Shown here: in pieces, positions 1 through 8,852 of the stretch
How positions within the stretch are numbered: position 1 is the first letter of the stretch
Layout of the letters: the number at the start of each line of letters is the position of its first letter
From: an uncultured Bacteroidales bacterium
GTDB lineage: Bacteria; Bacteroidota; Bacteroidia; Bacteroidales; UBA10428
Assembly (NCBI GenBank): GCA_964633305.1
Contig: CAZWGG010000001.1
Coordinates: 1 to 59,850, forward strand
DNA length: 59,850 nt
Reading direction: 5' to 3'
Program-made: the position numbers and the translations under genes
The notes under the pieces: generated by a model
Database searches by the model: none
What the model was told of the DNA's origin: nothing
What the model saw: only the letters and a program-made list of their open reading frames with translations

Positions 1-217
1 AATTTTAAGCACAGCTTATTATTTAGATTATTTACTCAGAATTATACCTTTGAAATTTAAATCAATTCTAGACATGTTTTTGAGCGAAATAAATTAATCT
101 GTTTTAAAACCTTATCATTTAAAGAGAAAAGAGTCTATAAAATACGAGTGAAACTTTTTTTTAGGGTCAGGTTTCACAAAAGTTTCATATAGGTTTCATA
201 TAAATCAATCTATTACT

Positions 218-380
218 TATATATATATATATTGAAACCATGAAACTTATATATATATATACTATATATATATGCGTGAGGTAATGTATACATATGTATA
301 CGTATATACATTATATGTATGTAATATATACATATGTATACATAAATATTTATATATATATATATTGTGTTTTTTTTTTA
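218..380. repeat. (TA)n microsatellites plus ATGTATACAT-type palindromes and a T10 run; possible DNA unwinding element
   Basis: TA runs at 218-232, 248-273 and 351-365. Repeated GTATAC-centred palindromes at 284-345. Flanked by the iterons. Confidence 0.6.
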
Positions 381-454
381 GGTTTCAGTATAAAAAACAA
401 GGTCAAGTGCAGTCATATCAATAGATACAGCTGAAACTTGGGCAGGTTTCAGCA

Positions 455-527
455 GGTTTCACTCAAAAACAAGAATTCCTTATATCAGTTGATATAACTA
501 TGTTTGACCTTGTTTTTGAGTGAAACC
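455..527. repeat. perfect 19-bp inverted repeat GGTTTCACTCAAAAACAAG / CTTGTTTTTGAGTGAAACC enclosing the palindrome TTATATCA-GT-TGATATAA
   Basis: Arms at 455-473 and 509-527. The arms contain iteron copies. AAAAACAAGGTCAA at ~403-416 also pairs with 504-517. Confidence 0.85.
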
Positions 528-745
528 TGAAAAGTTTCACTCACTGATTTTTAATAGATTTATGATGATTTGTTTTAAGAAAAGTTTCAATTAATTAAAA
601 GTATCGATAATAGTATTTTATTAACTGATAAAAAAAAAGATGAAATCATCTAAATTAAAATAAATATATTGATATGTGGGAGTCGTAAATAATTACAGAC
701 TAATAATTATATATTTAATATATCAAAAGAATATATTATTGTATA

Positions 746-774
746 TTTACATAATACATGCAACGTGATACAAT
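746..774 (+). promoter_or_regulatory. early promoter cassette copy 1 (TTTACA-17-TGaTACAAT)
   Basis: -35 TTTACA at 746-751, 17-bp spacer ending in TGA, -10 TACAAT at 769-774. Spacer ATACATGCAACGTGA is shared with the other copies. Confidence 0.7.
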
Positions 775-813
775 ATATTTGTAAGTAAATTAAATTTTTA
801 GGAGGAAATAACT

Positions 814-1515
814 ATGAGTATTAAAATAATTGAGACTGTAAAAAATAAGGAAGATAGTGAAAAGATGGCATATACATTGTTTTCAACTATTTATGTAAAA
901 GATATTGGTGTATGTTTTCATAACTATTCCGATTCTTTTCATATAACACATTTACATAATGCATTGGTAAGAGGCAAAAAATGCAATGAATTTGTTTTTA
1001 TTAAAGAATGGCCAAAAGTTGATAGGAGTCAACGTTGTTTGAATTTTGCTGTTGATATATTAAATTATAATGATTCTGGTTTAACTTTTAATGAATTTTT
1101 AATAAATCCTGATAAAGTAAAATTCAACGATGAAGTTTTATCAAAATATATTCGTGAATTAGATTCAAAAGATGTATTTACTCCTTTTGGTAAGATTCCA
1201 AAAGCTGTAAATATAGAAAAGACTAAATTAAATCTAGGTGATATCAAAAAGATGCTGCTTAATGGTCAGATAAGTAAAGTTATAACAAGGCAGGAAACTA
1301 CAGATGATTATGCAGCGGATGCAGCTGCTAATTTTTCTAAAGATAGAACTATTGATAAAATGGATATATGTAAAACTCTTATTGAGTCGCCATCTGGATG
1401 GTATGTATTGATAGGTGGAAAAGATGATAATGGAGTCAGAAAAGATGATAATGGTAACTTATATATTGATATTGCCTGTCATTATTTCAGATATGAAAGA
1501 TGTTACCTTTCATAA
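814..1515 (+). CDS. hypothetical early protein (233 aa)
   Basis: ORF track. AGGAGG RBS upstream. Own promoter and terminator. No recognisable motif. Confidence 0.7.
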   Translation: MSIKIIETVKNKEDSEKMAYTLFSTIYVKDIGVCFHNYSDSFHITHLHNALVRGKKCNEFVFIKEWPKVDRSQRCLNFAVDILNYNDSGLTFNEFLINPDKVKFNDEVLSKYIRELDSKDVFTPFGKIPKAVNIEKTKLNLGDIKKMLLNGQISKVITRQETTDDYAADAAANFSKDRTIDKMDICKTLIESPSGWYVLIGGKDDNGVRKDDNGNLYIDIACHYFRYERCYLS

Positions 1516-1526
1516 AAAATAAAAAA

Positions 1527-1562
1527 AATAACAGATAATTTTTATATCTGTTATTTTTTTTG
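1527..1562 (+). terminator. intrinsic terminator
   Basis: 11-bp stem AATAACAGATA/TATCTGTTATT followed by a T-run. Confidence 0.7.
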
Positions 1563-1581
1563 CCATTTTTTACTATCTCTC

Positions 1582-1610
1582 TTTACAAAATACATGCAAC
1601 ATGATACAAT
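1582..1610 (+). promoter_or_regulatory. early promoter cassette copy 2
   Basis: TTTACA at 1582-1587, 17-bp spacer, TGATACAAT ending at 1610. Confidence 0.7.
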
Positions 1611-1650
1611 GGATTTAGTAAGAAAAACAAATTTTTAGGGGGATTCAGAT

Positions 1651-1881
1651 ATGACTATAAAAGAATTTAGAAAAGAATTTAGAAGTGAGAAAAAAACAAT
1701 AGAATGGATGTTTAATGGGGAAACACTAAGTTATCATGTAGTATACAAAACAGTCGAAGAGCTTCATGCCAAATTAAACAAAGAAGTAAAAAATGGCAAA
1801 ACAAAAACAAAAATAAAATATGAAATAGTAAACTTTCAAAATAAAATGATTTCAAAACTTGATAAAAGATTAGGAAATTAG
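1651..1881 (+). CDS. hypothetical early protein (76 aa)
   Basis: ORF track. GGGGG RBS. Own promoter and terminator. Confidence 0.6.
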   Translation: MTIKEFRKEFRSEKKTIEWMFNGETLSYHVVYKTVEELHAKLNKEVKNGKTKTKIKYEIVNFQNKMISKLDKRLGN

Positions 1882-1900
1882 GAATAAATTTCCTAATTTC
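1870..1900 (+). terminator. intrinsic terminator overlapping the stop codon
   Basis: 10-bp stem TTAGGAAATT (1870-1879) / AATTTCCTAA (1887-1896) followed by TTT. Confidence 0.6.
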
Positions 1901-1902
1901 TC

Positions 1903-1931
1903 TTTACAAAATACATGCAACATGATACAAT
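1903..1931 (+). promoter_or_regulatory. early promoter cassette copy 3
   Basis: TTTACA at 1903-1908, 17-bp spacer, TGATACAAT ending at 1931. Confidence 0.7.
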
Positions 1932-1974
1932 GGCTTTAGTAAGAAAATAAATTAAATTTTTAGGAGGAACTACT

Positions 1975-2745
1975 ATGTTAAATATGAATATGAAAAGAGA
2001 AATGATGATTACTGAAATTATGAAAGGCATTGAAATGGGACATGCAAATACACAAAGATTGACAGATAATAAAGCAGCTTGTCAAGAAAATCTAGAAGCA
2101 AATACATCTGATCTTGTTGGTTTAAGGGAAGCTGCAATGACTAATATTAAAATGATAAAAGTAAATACTAACTTTAATATCACACTTGAATCATTAAAAA
2201 AGAATTATAGTAAAAAGAGATTAATTGCTTTATATGAAAAATTGACAAAACAATTGGCAGATTTAATCAAATTAAATGTAGTATTGGAAAAAATATTAGA
2301 TACTAACAAAAAAATTAAATCTGAAATAGCAGCTGAAGGAGAAAAGAAAATTATTAAAAAAATAGAAAAAATTGAGGCAATAGAAAATGCAGAGAATTTA
2401 AAGTCAAAAAATAGGGAAATTAAAAAAGTAGTCAAGACAGAAAAAAAAGCAAAAATTTTCAAAGCTATCTGTATAGTAGATGATGAAACTATTGTAAAAG
2501 TAAGTGATGGAAAAGAAACAAGAAAAAGTTTTATTTTTAGATTAAGAAAAGAAGGTCTTACAATAAGTGATAGAAAAGTAAAAGAATCAGCGGTTTTAGA
2601 TTTCATATTAAAACATACTGAGAAAAATTGTAAAGTATTCTCTTATATTGTTACAATTGAGGATTGTGAGAACTATAAAAAGATGGGATATTCATATGTT
2701 GAACAAAAAATAAAAGAGCAGAATGAACGAAGAGCTTCAAGATAA
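1975..2745 (+). CDS. hypothetical early protein, K/E-rich coiled-coil (256 aa)
   Basis: ORF track. AGGAGG RBS. Own promoter and terminator. Confidence 0.7.
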   Translation: MLNMNMKREMMITEIMKGIEMGHANTQRLTDNKAACQENLEANTSDLVGLREAAMTNIKMIKVNTNFNITLESLKKNYSKKRLIALYEKLTKQLADLIKLNVVLEKILDTNKKIKSEIAAEGEKKIIKKIEKIEAIENAENLKSKNREIKKVVKTEKKAKIFKAICIVDDETIVKVSDGKETRKSFIFRLRKEGLTISDRKVKESAVLDFILKHTEKNCKVFSYIVTIEDCENYKKMGYSYVEQKIKEQNERRASR

Positions 2746-2757
2746 ATGAAATTACAT

Positions 2758-2796
2758 AAAGAGAGAAAATAGTTGCCCTATTCTCTCTCTTTATTA
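2758..2796 (+). terminator. intrinsic terminator
   Basis: 15-bp stem with one mismatch, AAAGAGAGAAAATAG / CTATTCTCTCTCTTT, followed by a T-rich tail. Confidence 0.65.
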
Positions 2797-2833
2797 ATGG
2801 CTAAATTTGTAATATAATTGTAATGGCACCTTC

Positions 2834-2862
2834 TTTACATAATACATGCAACGTGATACAAT
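2834..2862 (+). promoter_or_regulatory. early promoter cassette copy 4
   Basis: TTTACA at 2834-2839, 17-bp spacer, TGATACAAT ending at 2862. Confidence 0.7.
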
Positions 2863-2904
2863 GTATTTAGTAAGTTAATTAATTAAATTTTAGGAGGAAC
2901 TACT

Positions 2905-3978
2905 ATGAATAAGAAATTAACAAAGAAAGAAATGATTTTAAAAGGAAAAATTACATTAAGAGCATTTTACGCAATAGTAAATGAAGCAAATATAGGCAAA
3001 ACAAACAAAGAAATGAAAAAGCTAGTCATTGATTTACATTCAAGTATTGGAACAATGAGAAAACAAATGAATTTAAGTACAAGTTGTAAACATTTATCAA
3101 CAAGCTTAACAAAAAATATGATTGCTTTTGAATATAGCGAAATTAAAAGATTTTTAACTTTAGCTGAGGAATTACAATCTACTATTAATGGGGAATCAAC
3201 AAAAGAATCTTTAATTGAAAAAGTTGAAACTTTAGCAGAAACTTTCACAGAAAATAAAACTAACAAATTTGAAGTTGGTCAAGTACTTTACAATCATGGT
3301 GATATGGCTAATAATGCTGGATGGTATGAAATAGTAACTGTAATCAATGATAATTATGGAATTAATTATGATATTAAAGAAATTGGAGAAAAAATGAGAA
3401 CTCTTAGAATTAATGAACAGTCTATCAATATAAAAGATTGGGATAATGGCTTAACTAGAATTGTAACAAAAGAAGCTAGAATGGAAAAAATTAATAGTAT
3501 GCATGGCTCAAATTTAGTAGAAAAAACACTTGCAGCAATAAGAAAAAGACAATTAGAGAAAAAAGAAATATTAAGTAACTATTCCCCAGATAGTAACGAT
3601 TATAAAGAATTTAAAAATATGTATTTATCAGATATTAAGGAAATACTTGAAAATAGAAATGATAAAAAAATAGAGGAGCAAAAACAAGAAAAATATTCAG
3701 AGTGTACAAACTGCATAAATAGAAATAAAAGTTTAACTTATTGCAATAATTGTCCTGATATGATAGCTGCCATTAATGATATGACTGATAATAAAGATAA
3801 TAGTATTATGGAAAAAGCAAAAATTATTTGTGAACAAATGACCTCAGTTATTTTATTAAAATATCCCGGTTATAGCTGGAAAGAAGCGAATGAAGCAGCT
3901 CGAAAAATGTATGTACTTACATTGAAATCTTTTGAAAAGGCTGTCTGCGAAACACTTCACAATGAAAAAGAAAAGTAA
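2905..3978 (+). CDS. hypothetical early protein (357 aa) with C-terminal CxxC...CxxC
   Basis: ORF track. AGGAGG RBS. CTNC...CNNC pair near the C-terminus. Confidence 0.7.
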   Translation: MNKKLTKKEMILKGKITLRAFYAIVNEANIGKTNKEMKKLVIDLHSSIGTMRKQMNLSTSCKHLSTSLTKNMIAFEYSEIKRFLTLAEELQSTINGESTKESLIEKVETLAETFTENKTNKFEVGQVLYNHGDMANNAGWYEIVTVINDNYGINYDIKEIGEKMRTLRINEQSINIKDWDNGLTRIVTKEARMEKINSMHGSNLVEKTLAAIRKRQLEKKEILSNYSPDSNDYKEFKNMYLSDIKEILENRNDKKIEEQKQEKYSECTNCINRNKSLTYCNNCPDMIAAINDMTDNKDNSIMEKAKIICEQMTSVILLKYPGYSWKEANEAARKMYVLTLKSFEKAVCETLHNEKEK

Positions 3979-3997
3979 TGAAAGGAGGTGATATTCA

Positions 3998-4168
3998 TTG
4001 AAAACAGTAAGATGTCCTAGAAAAAGCTGCCAAAGTAAAAACACCGAGAAGTTATCAAAATTAGACATTAATGGAAAGAAACTTGAAACATACTTTTGTA
4101 ACACTTGTAAACATACATTTCATATCAAAACAGAGAATGGAGTTATAACAATTAAGAAATTTGATTAA
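3998..4168 (+). CDS. small zinc-ribbon protein (56 aa, TTG start)
   Basis: Hand-translated. AGGAGG RBS 8 nt upstream of the TTG. CPRKSC...CNTC motif. Below the ORF-track size cutoff. Confidence 0.55.
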   Translation: MKTVRCPRKSCQSKNTEKLSKLDINGKKLETYFCNTCKHTFHIKTENGVITIKKFD

Positions 4169-4169
4169 A

Positions 4170-4200
4170 AAGTGGGAAGATTAAGCCTTCCCACTTAATA
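4170..4200 (+). terminator. intrinsic terminator
   Basis: 10-bp stem AAGTGGGAAG / CTTCCCACTT. Confidence 0.6.
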
Positions 4201-4222
4201 AAATTTTAGGAGGCAATGCAGT

Positions 4223-4573
4223 ATGATTATAAAATTTTTTGTGAACTTTAGTCAAGAAACTTGTGTTTATTATGAAGTCAAATTTGGTAGGGGATATACT
4301 TCTAATAAAAATAAATCATCAATAAGTAAGTATACAGGAAATGAAAGACTTAAAACTCTGGAATCAATGAAATTAGCATGTTATAAAGTTGCAGCTGAAA
4401 AGGGAACAATTTATATATTAACTGATATCAATACTGATAGAAAATGGCTTAAATTCGCAATAAAGGAAGTATATTATTTTGATAATTTCAATATTAGATT
4501 AGATAAAAAAATCAATACAGTTGAAGATATCCAACGTTATTACTTAAAATTAACTAGTAAAAGAGAATTTTAA
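4223..4573 (+). CDS. hypothetical protein (116 aa)
   Basis: ORF track. AGGAGG RBS with the same AAATTTTAGGAGG leader as the early cassettes. Confidence 0.65.
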   Translation: MIIKFFVNFSQETCVYYEVKFGRGYTSNKNKSSISKYTGNERLKTLESMKLACYKVAAEKGTIYILTDINTDRKWLKFAIKEVYYFDNFNIRLDKKINTVEDIQRYYLKLTSKREF

Positions 4574-4636
4574 AAAAAGAGCTGAAGGAGGAAAGCTGAG
4601 TATTAGAAAAACAAAAAGAACTTATTAAAACATTGT

Positions 4637-4670
4637 AAAGAATCGAGTATTAATGTATACTCGATTCTTT
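4637..4670 (+). terminator. 14-bp perfect hairpin (terminator) abutting the next promoter
   Basis: AAAGAATCGAGTAT (4637-4650) / ATACTCGATTCTTT (4657-4670). The right arm overlaps the -35. Confidence 0.6.
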
Positions 4671-4696
4671 ACATAATAAATGCAACATGATATTAT
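4668..4696 (+). promoter_or_regulatory. diverged sixth copy of the early promoter (TTTACA-17-TGaTATTAT)
   Basis: TTTACA at 4668-4673. Spacer ATAAATGCAACATGA. -10 TATTAT at 4691-4696. Confidence 0.55.
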
Positions 4697-4723
4697 TAAA
4701 ATAGAATAAAGGAGCTGATTGAA

Positions 4724-5071
4724 TTGAATAGACTTTGTAAAAGTGAAGATAAATTTACTGGAACTAAAACTAATAAATTAGAAAATTGTTTTAAGATGTT
4801 ACAATTATTGAGAACAAATGGCAGAATGAAAACAGCTGAATTAATGAAGGCCTTAGAAGTAACATCGAAAAGAAGTATTAATTATTATAAAACGACATTA
4901 ATATATCTTGGATATCAGATAGAATCATATGGCGGTTATACTGGGGGAATGCAGTATGTTCCATCAGAAAAGCTTAATGATAATGAGTTGAATTTAATCG
5001 CTCAAAAATTGGGTGGTGAAAATTCTGCATTAATAGAAAAGATTAAAAGAATTAATTCAGAAAGGAAGTAA
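4724..5071 (+). CDS. HTH transcriptional regulator (HTH_11 / YafY N-terminal-like), TTG start
   Basis: Winged-helix-like segment LQLLRTNGRMKTAELMKALEVTSKRSINYY. AAGGAG RBS. Confidence 0.5.
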   Translation: MNRLCKSEDKFTGTKTNKLENCFKMLQLLRTNGRMKTAELMKALEVTSKRSINYYKTTLIYLGYQIESYGGYTGGMQYVPSEKLNDNELNLIAQKLGGENSALIEKIKRINSERK

Positions 5072-5075
5072 TATA

Positions 5076-5903
5076 ATGGACATAATAAAAGTAAATATTG
5101 ATGATTTGATACCAGCTGAATACAATCCAAGAATTCAATTAAAACCTGGGGACAAAAAATATGAAGATTTAAAAAATAGTATTCAAAAGTTTGGATATAT
5201 TGATTTAGTGATAATAAACAAGAATTTTAAAATTGTTGGGGGACATCAAAGACTTCCAGTTTTAAAAGAGTTAGGATATAAAGTAATTGATGTTGTCCAG
5301 ATTGATATAACTAATGAAAAGGAGTTAAAAGCTTTAAATATTGCATTGAATAAAATAGATGGGGATTGGAATTTTGAAAAGTTAGGCAGTTTATTAAATG
5401 AAATTAAAATTGAAAATGAAGAACTTTTTAATTTTACTGGTTTTGATAATACTGAATTTGAAAATATCATGAAAGATTTTAGTAATATCAATAATAGTGG
5501 AAGTAGCAATAATAATAATAATAATAATGGAACTGATAATCATACTGATAGTTATACAGAAAAAATAAAAGCTCCTTTGTATGAAGCTAAGAAAGATAAA
5601 GCTCCAGAAATTGAAGAATTAATGGATACGAAAAAAGCTGCAAAATTAATAAATGAAATAAAGAAAAGTAAAATTGATAAAAAAACAAAAGACTTTTTAA
5701 TATTTTCTGCATATAGATTTATAAATTTTAATTATGAAAATATTGCTGAATTTTATTGTCATAGTGATAAAGAAATACAGCAATTTATGGAAAAACTAGC
5801 ATTAATCATAATTGACTATGATAAAGCTATTGAATATGGTCTGGCCGAATTTGGCAAAAATATATATGAAGATGAGGAGATTAATTTTGAAGATATTGAA
5901 TAA
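5076..5903 (+). CDS. ParB-like nuclease/NTPase-domain protein
   Basis: N-terminal ParB/Srx motifs: IPAEYNPR and IVGGHQRLPVLKELG. Poly-N linker. Confidence 0.7.
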   Translation: MDIIKVNIDDLIPAEYNPRIQLKPGDKKYEDLKNSIQKFGYIDLVIINKNFKIVGGHQRLPVLKELGYKVIDVVQIDITNEKELKALNIALNKIDGDWNFEKLGSLLNEIKIENEELFNFTGFDNTEFENIMKDFSNINNSGSSNNNNNNNGTDNHTDSYTEKIKAPLYEAKKDKAPEIEELMDTKKAAKLINEIKKSKIDKKTKDFLIFSAYRFINFNYENIAEFYCHSDKEIQQFMEKLALIIIDYDKAIEYGLAEFGKNIYEDEEINFEDIE

Positions 5904-6753
5904 TTTTTGTATTTTTATATTATCTCATGGAAGGGCCAATAATATACATACTCTGCATACATTAGAACGATTAAAATATACAGGTAAATGGTATATTGTG
6001 ATAGATAATGAAGATAAAACAAGCAACGAGTATTACGATAAATATGGCGATAAGGTTAAGATGTTTGACAAGCTAGCTATTTCTAAAACATTTGATGAGG
6101 CAGATAATTTTGAAAATAGAAAGACAATAGTTTATGCTCGAAATTATTGTTTTCAATTAGCTAAAGAATTAAACATAAAATATTTTATGCAGCTAGACGA
6201 TGATTATACGAATTTTGGCCTTAGATTTACAAAAGAGGGTATATTTAAACATATACATTTAAATAAAAGCTTGGACGAAGTATTTGCAGCAATGTTAGTT
6301 TTATTTAAACGATGTAAAAATATATCTTGTCTTGCAATGGCTCAAGATGGAGATTTTATCGGTGGGACCGGAAATGTTCTTGGTAAAAATATAATGATGA
6401 AAAGAAAAGCAATGAATACATTATTATGTAGCATAGATAGGCCATTTCAATTCATGGGCAGAGTTAATGAAGATGTTAATACATATGTTAGATTAGGTCA
6501 ATTAGGACAACTATTCTTTACTATAAGTTGTTTAAGTGTGGGACAAATAAGTACACAATCAAATGATGGGGGAATGACTGATATATACTTAGAAAATGGA
6601 ACATATGTCAAAAGTTTTTATACTGTTATGTTCGCTCCTTCATGTGTAAAGATATCTAGAATGGGACATATAGAAAGGAGAATACATCATAAAATATTTT
6701 GGAAACATGCGGTTCCACGCATAGTTGACGAAAAATATAAGAAATTATTTTAA
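5866..6753 (+). CDS. GT-A-like putative glycosyltransferase (DXD-type); start uncertain (ATG 5866/5872 or TTG 5887)
   Basis: FILSHGR strand near the N-terminus and YFMQLDDDY acidic motif about 100 aa later. The ORF-track start at 5812 lies deep inside the upstream gene. Confidence 0.4.
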   Translation: MKMRRLILKILNNFCIFILSHGRANNIHTLHTLERLKYTGKWYIVIDNEDKTSNEYYDKYGDKVKMFDKLAISKTFDEADNFENRKTIVYARNYCFQLAKELNIKYFMQLDDDYTNFGLRFTKEGIFKHIHLNKSLDEVFAAMLVLFKRCKNISCLAMAQDGDFIGGTGNVLGKNIMMKRKAMNTLLCSIDRPFQFMGRVNEDVNTYVRLGQLGQLFFTISCLSVGQISTQSNDGGMTDIYLENGTYVKSFYTVMFAPSCVKISRMGHIERRIHHKIFWKHAVPRIVDEKYKKLF

Positions 6754-6776
6754 TTTCTTGAAAAGGAAGTGATTTT

Positions 6777-7361
6777 TTGCCAAATGATAAATATCATTCA
6801 CATGTAGAACCCAATTTGGAACTTATAACAAGTTGGCGAGAAGCTGGATTTACTGAAAGGCAAATATCGGTAAAATTACATATTGCATATTCGACATTTA
6901 GAAAGTATAGAGACCGGGAACAGGCACTCTCGGCAGCTCTCAGAGCTTCGAAGGAGAAGTTAGTCGCTAATTTAAAGAAATCTTTATGGCAAGAAGCTAT
7001 TGGATACGATTATAGCGAAGTTCAAGAATATATGGAAGTCAATACAGATGAAGAAAAAGAAAAAGAAAATAATAGAAAAGTAAAACCCAAGAAAATAAAG
7101 AAAACTATAACTAAAAAGAAGGCAAGAGGAGTTCCATCATTGTTAATGTTCGCATTATGTAACTTAGCTCCTGAAGACTTCACAAGAGCAGACAAAGCAG
7201 TCGATGAAAAGTTGAACGATGCTATTGATGGAATCAATGATTTGAAAGAAAGATATTCAAATGATTTAATCAAAAAAGCTTTTGATGTCTTATATCCAAA
7301 TGTAAGCAAAAAAATTGAAGAAAATAAAAAGAAAGAATTAGAAAAAGATGAAAAATCATAA
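6777..7361 (+). CDS. terS: terminase small subunit (HTH), TTG start
   Basis: N-terminal HTH (GFTERQISVKLHIAYSTFRKYR). Sits immediately upstream of and overlapping the large terminase. Confidence 0.65.
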   Translation: MPNDKYHSHVEPNLELITSWREAGFTERQISVKLHIAYSTFRKYRDREQALSAALRASKEKLVANLKKSLWQEAIGYDYSEVQEYMEVNTDEEKEKENNRKVKPKKIKKTITKKKARGVPSLLMFALCNLAPEDFTRADKAVDEKLNDAIDGINDLKERYSNDLIKKAFDVLYPNVSKKIEENKKKELEKDEKS

Positions 7362-8835
7362 AATTTTAAATGTTCAAGACCTTGGGGATTCATTTGAATG
7401 TATTGCTCCAAAATCTAAGGAACATCTCGCTTTATATTGTGCGGTAGTATTTAATGTTAGATTTCCTTATCCAGCGTCAAACGATAAATATTGCATAGAA
7501 AATGGGCATGCCTCACCACTTGATGCAATGTGGGCAGCTTATGCAGAATTGGACGATTATTCAATTTGGTATGCTATGCGTGGAACTGGTAAAACATATG
7601 ATTTATCATTACTTTCATTCTTAGAAGCAGTATTTAAACCTCATTGTGGTACAAATATTTTAGGAGGTTCACTTGAACAGTCAACGAGAGCGGTTGTATA
7701 TTTAAAGCAAATATGGGAAACATGGAAACAGCTGCCATCAGTAGATAGATTGGAATTTCGTCTTCAAGTTACCGATGTCAATGATTTTGAAAATTATAAA
7801 AATTGCAATAGTTTTGAATATATTACTGGTCCAATAGCTAATAGTTTATTAGGCAATAAAGATGTTGGAGGACGTGGATTCAGACTTAGTAATGGGTCAT
7901 GGATTAATGCTCTCGCAGCATCCACAAAATCAGTTCGTGGGCCTCATCCTCAGAAATTGCGATTAGACGAAGTTGATGAAATGGATAAAGTAATTTATGA
8001 TGCAGCAATGGGACAGCCTAAAACTAATTTTGGAATAAGTGATAATATTATAATTAGTTCAACATTGCATAATGCCTTTGGTCTAATGTCTGAATTAATA
8101 GATGATAGAGAAAATATTGGAGCGAAGTTATATCCTTGGTGTGTTAATGAAGTAATGGAGCCACGAGGATTTTGGACTATTCCAGAGATTGAAAGACGTA
8201 AAAAGCAGACCACTAAAGCAATGTGGGAAGCTGAATACGAATTAAAAAGACCTAAATTGGGAGATACTATTTTTGATTTTCAATCTATAGATAGAGCTTA
8301 TAGAAGGGGGATGAAAGATAGATTCGATAATAACTTAATTACAGAGGCAGGAATTGACTGGGGATATACATGTACTGTAGTTAATAATATCCAAGATACT
8401 AGAGAAATATATAAAAATATAGAATCCCATCCATTTGAATATGTGGAATTAACTGAAAGATGTCGATTAATAGCTGATATATGTATTGATAGAAAAATAG
8501 TCACAATTTATGCAGACAGTAATCCCAAAGATAGCAATATAACATTACAAAAGACATTACTAGCTAAAAGAACAGGGACACAATTAGTGCCTATAGCATT
8601 TAATAAGTGGAAAAATGTAGGAATCAATGTATTAAGATATTTATTAGAAAGAAATCTAATGAATATATCAGATAAAGAGTGCCAGGATAAAATGAAGAAA
8701 TATCATTATAAAAATGTAGATTTACAAACAATTGATAAAATAGATGACCATTATCCAGATAGTCTTATCGCTTGGGCAGCTAGTAAATTTAGATTATTGG
8801 GAATATATGCTGATAGTTTAGAAAATAAAAAATAA
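7348..8835 (+). CDS. terL: terminase large subunit
   Basis: Walker A-like MRGTGKTYD and Walker B LRLDEVDE. Size 495 aa with a C-terminal nuclease-sized domain. Confidence 0.8.
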   Translation: MKNHKILNVQDLGDSFECIAPKSKEHLALYCAVVFNVRFPYPASNDKYCIENGHASPLDAMWAAYAELDDYSIWYAMRGTGKTYDLSLLSFLEAVFKPHCGTNILGGSLEQSTRAVVYLKQIWETWKQLPSVDRLEFRLQVTDVNDFENYKNCNSFEYITGPIANSLLGNKDVGGRGFRLSNGSWINALAASTKSVRGPHPQKLRLDEVDEMDKVIYDAAMGQPKTNFGISDNIIISSTLHNAFGLMSELIDDRENIGAKLYPWCVNEVMEPRGFWTIPEIERRKKQTTKAMWEAEYELKRPKLGDTIFDFQSIDRAYRRGMKDRFDNNLITEAGIDWGYTCTVVNNIQDTREIYKNIESHPFEYVELTERCRLIADICIDRKIVTIYADSNPKDSNITLQKTLLAKRTGTQLVPIAFNKWKNVGINVLRYLLERNLMNISDKECQDKMKKYHYKNVDLQTIDKIDDHYPDSLIAWAASKFRLLGIYADSLENKK

Positions 8836-8852
8836 AATTCAAGGAGAATATT

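Larger units (their letters stand above)
149..589. repeat. iteron-like array: 13 copies of GTTTCA/TGAAAC (often GGTTTCA) in both orientations; putative replication origin / control region
   Basis: Forward copies start at 171,182,193,382,446,456,534,584 and reverse copies at 149,233,241,432,521. Fewer than 1 is expected from composition in 440 bp. No credible ORF. Confidence 0.6.

Noticed and set aside
218-372. (TA)n and GTATAC repeats considered as a CRISPR-like or tandem-repeat array.
   Set aside because: There are no unique spacers of regular length and no cas genes. The region is simple-sequence and palindromic AT-rich DNA, better explained as an unwinding element or spacer between iterons.
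5812-5865. ORF-track N-terminal extensions. Examples are 5812 for the GT-A-like gene, 9516 for the methyltransferase, 20943, 25417, 26463, 45372 and 55929, and 51865 and 43576 on the minus strand.
   Set aside because: The extensions run through upstream genes, promoters or terminators and lack an RBS. Internal ATG/TTG codons preceded by GGAGG-type RBSs were preferred. Starts remain provisional.
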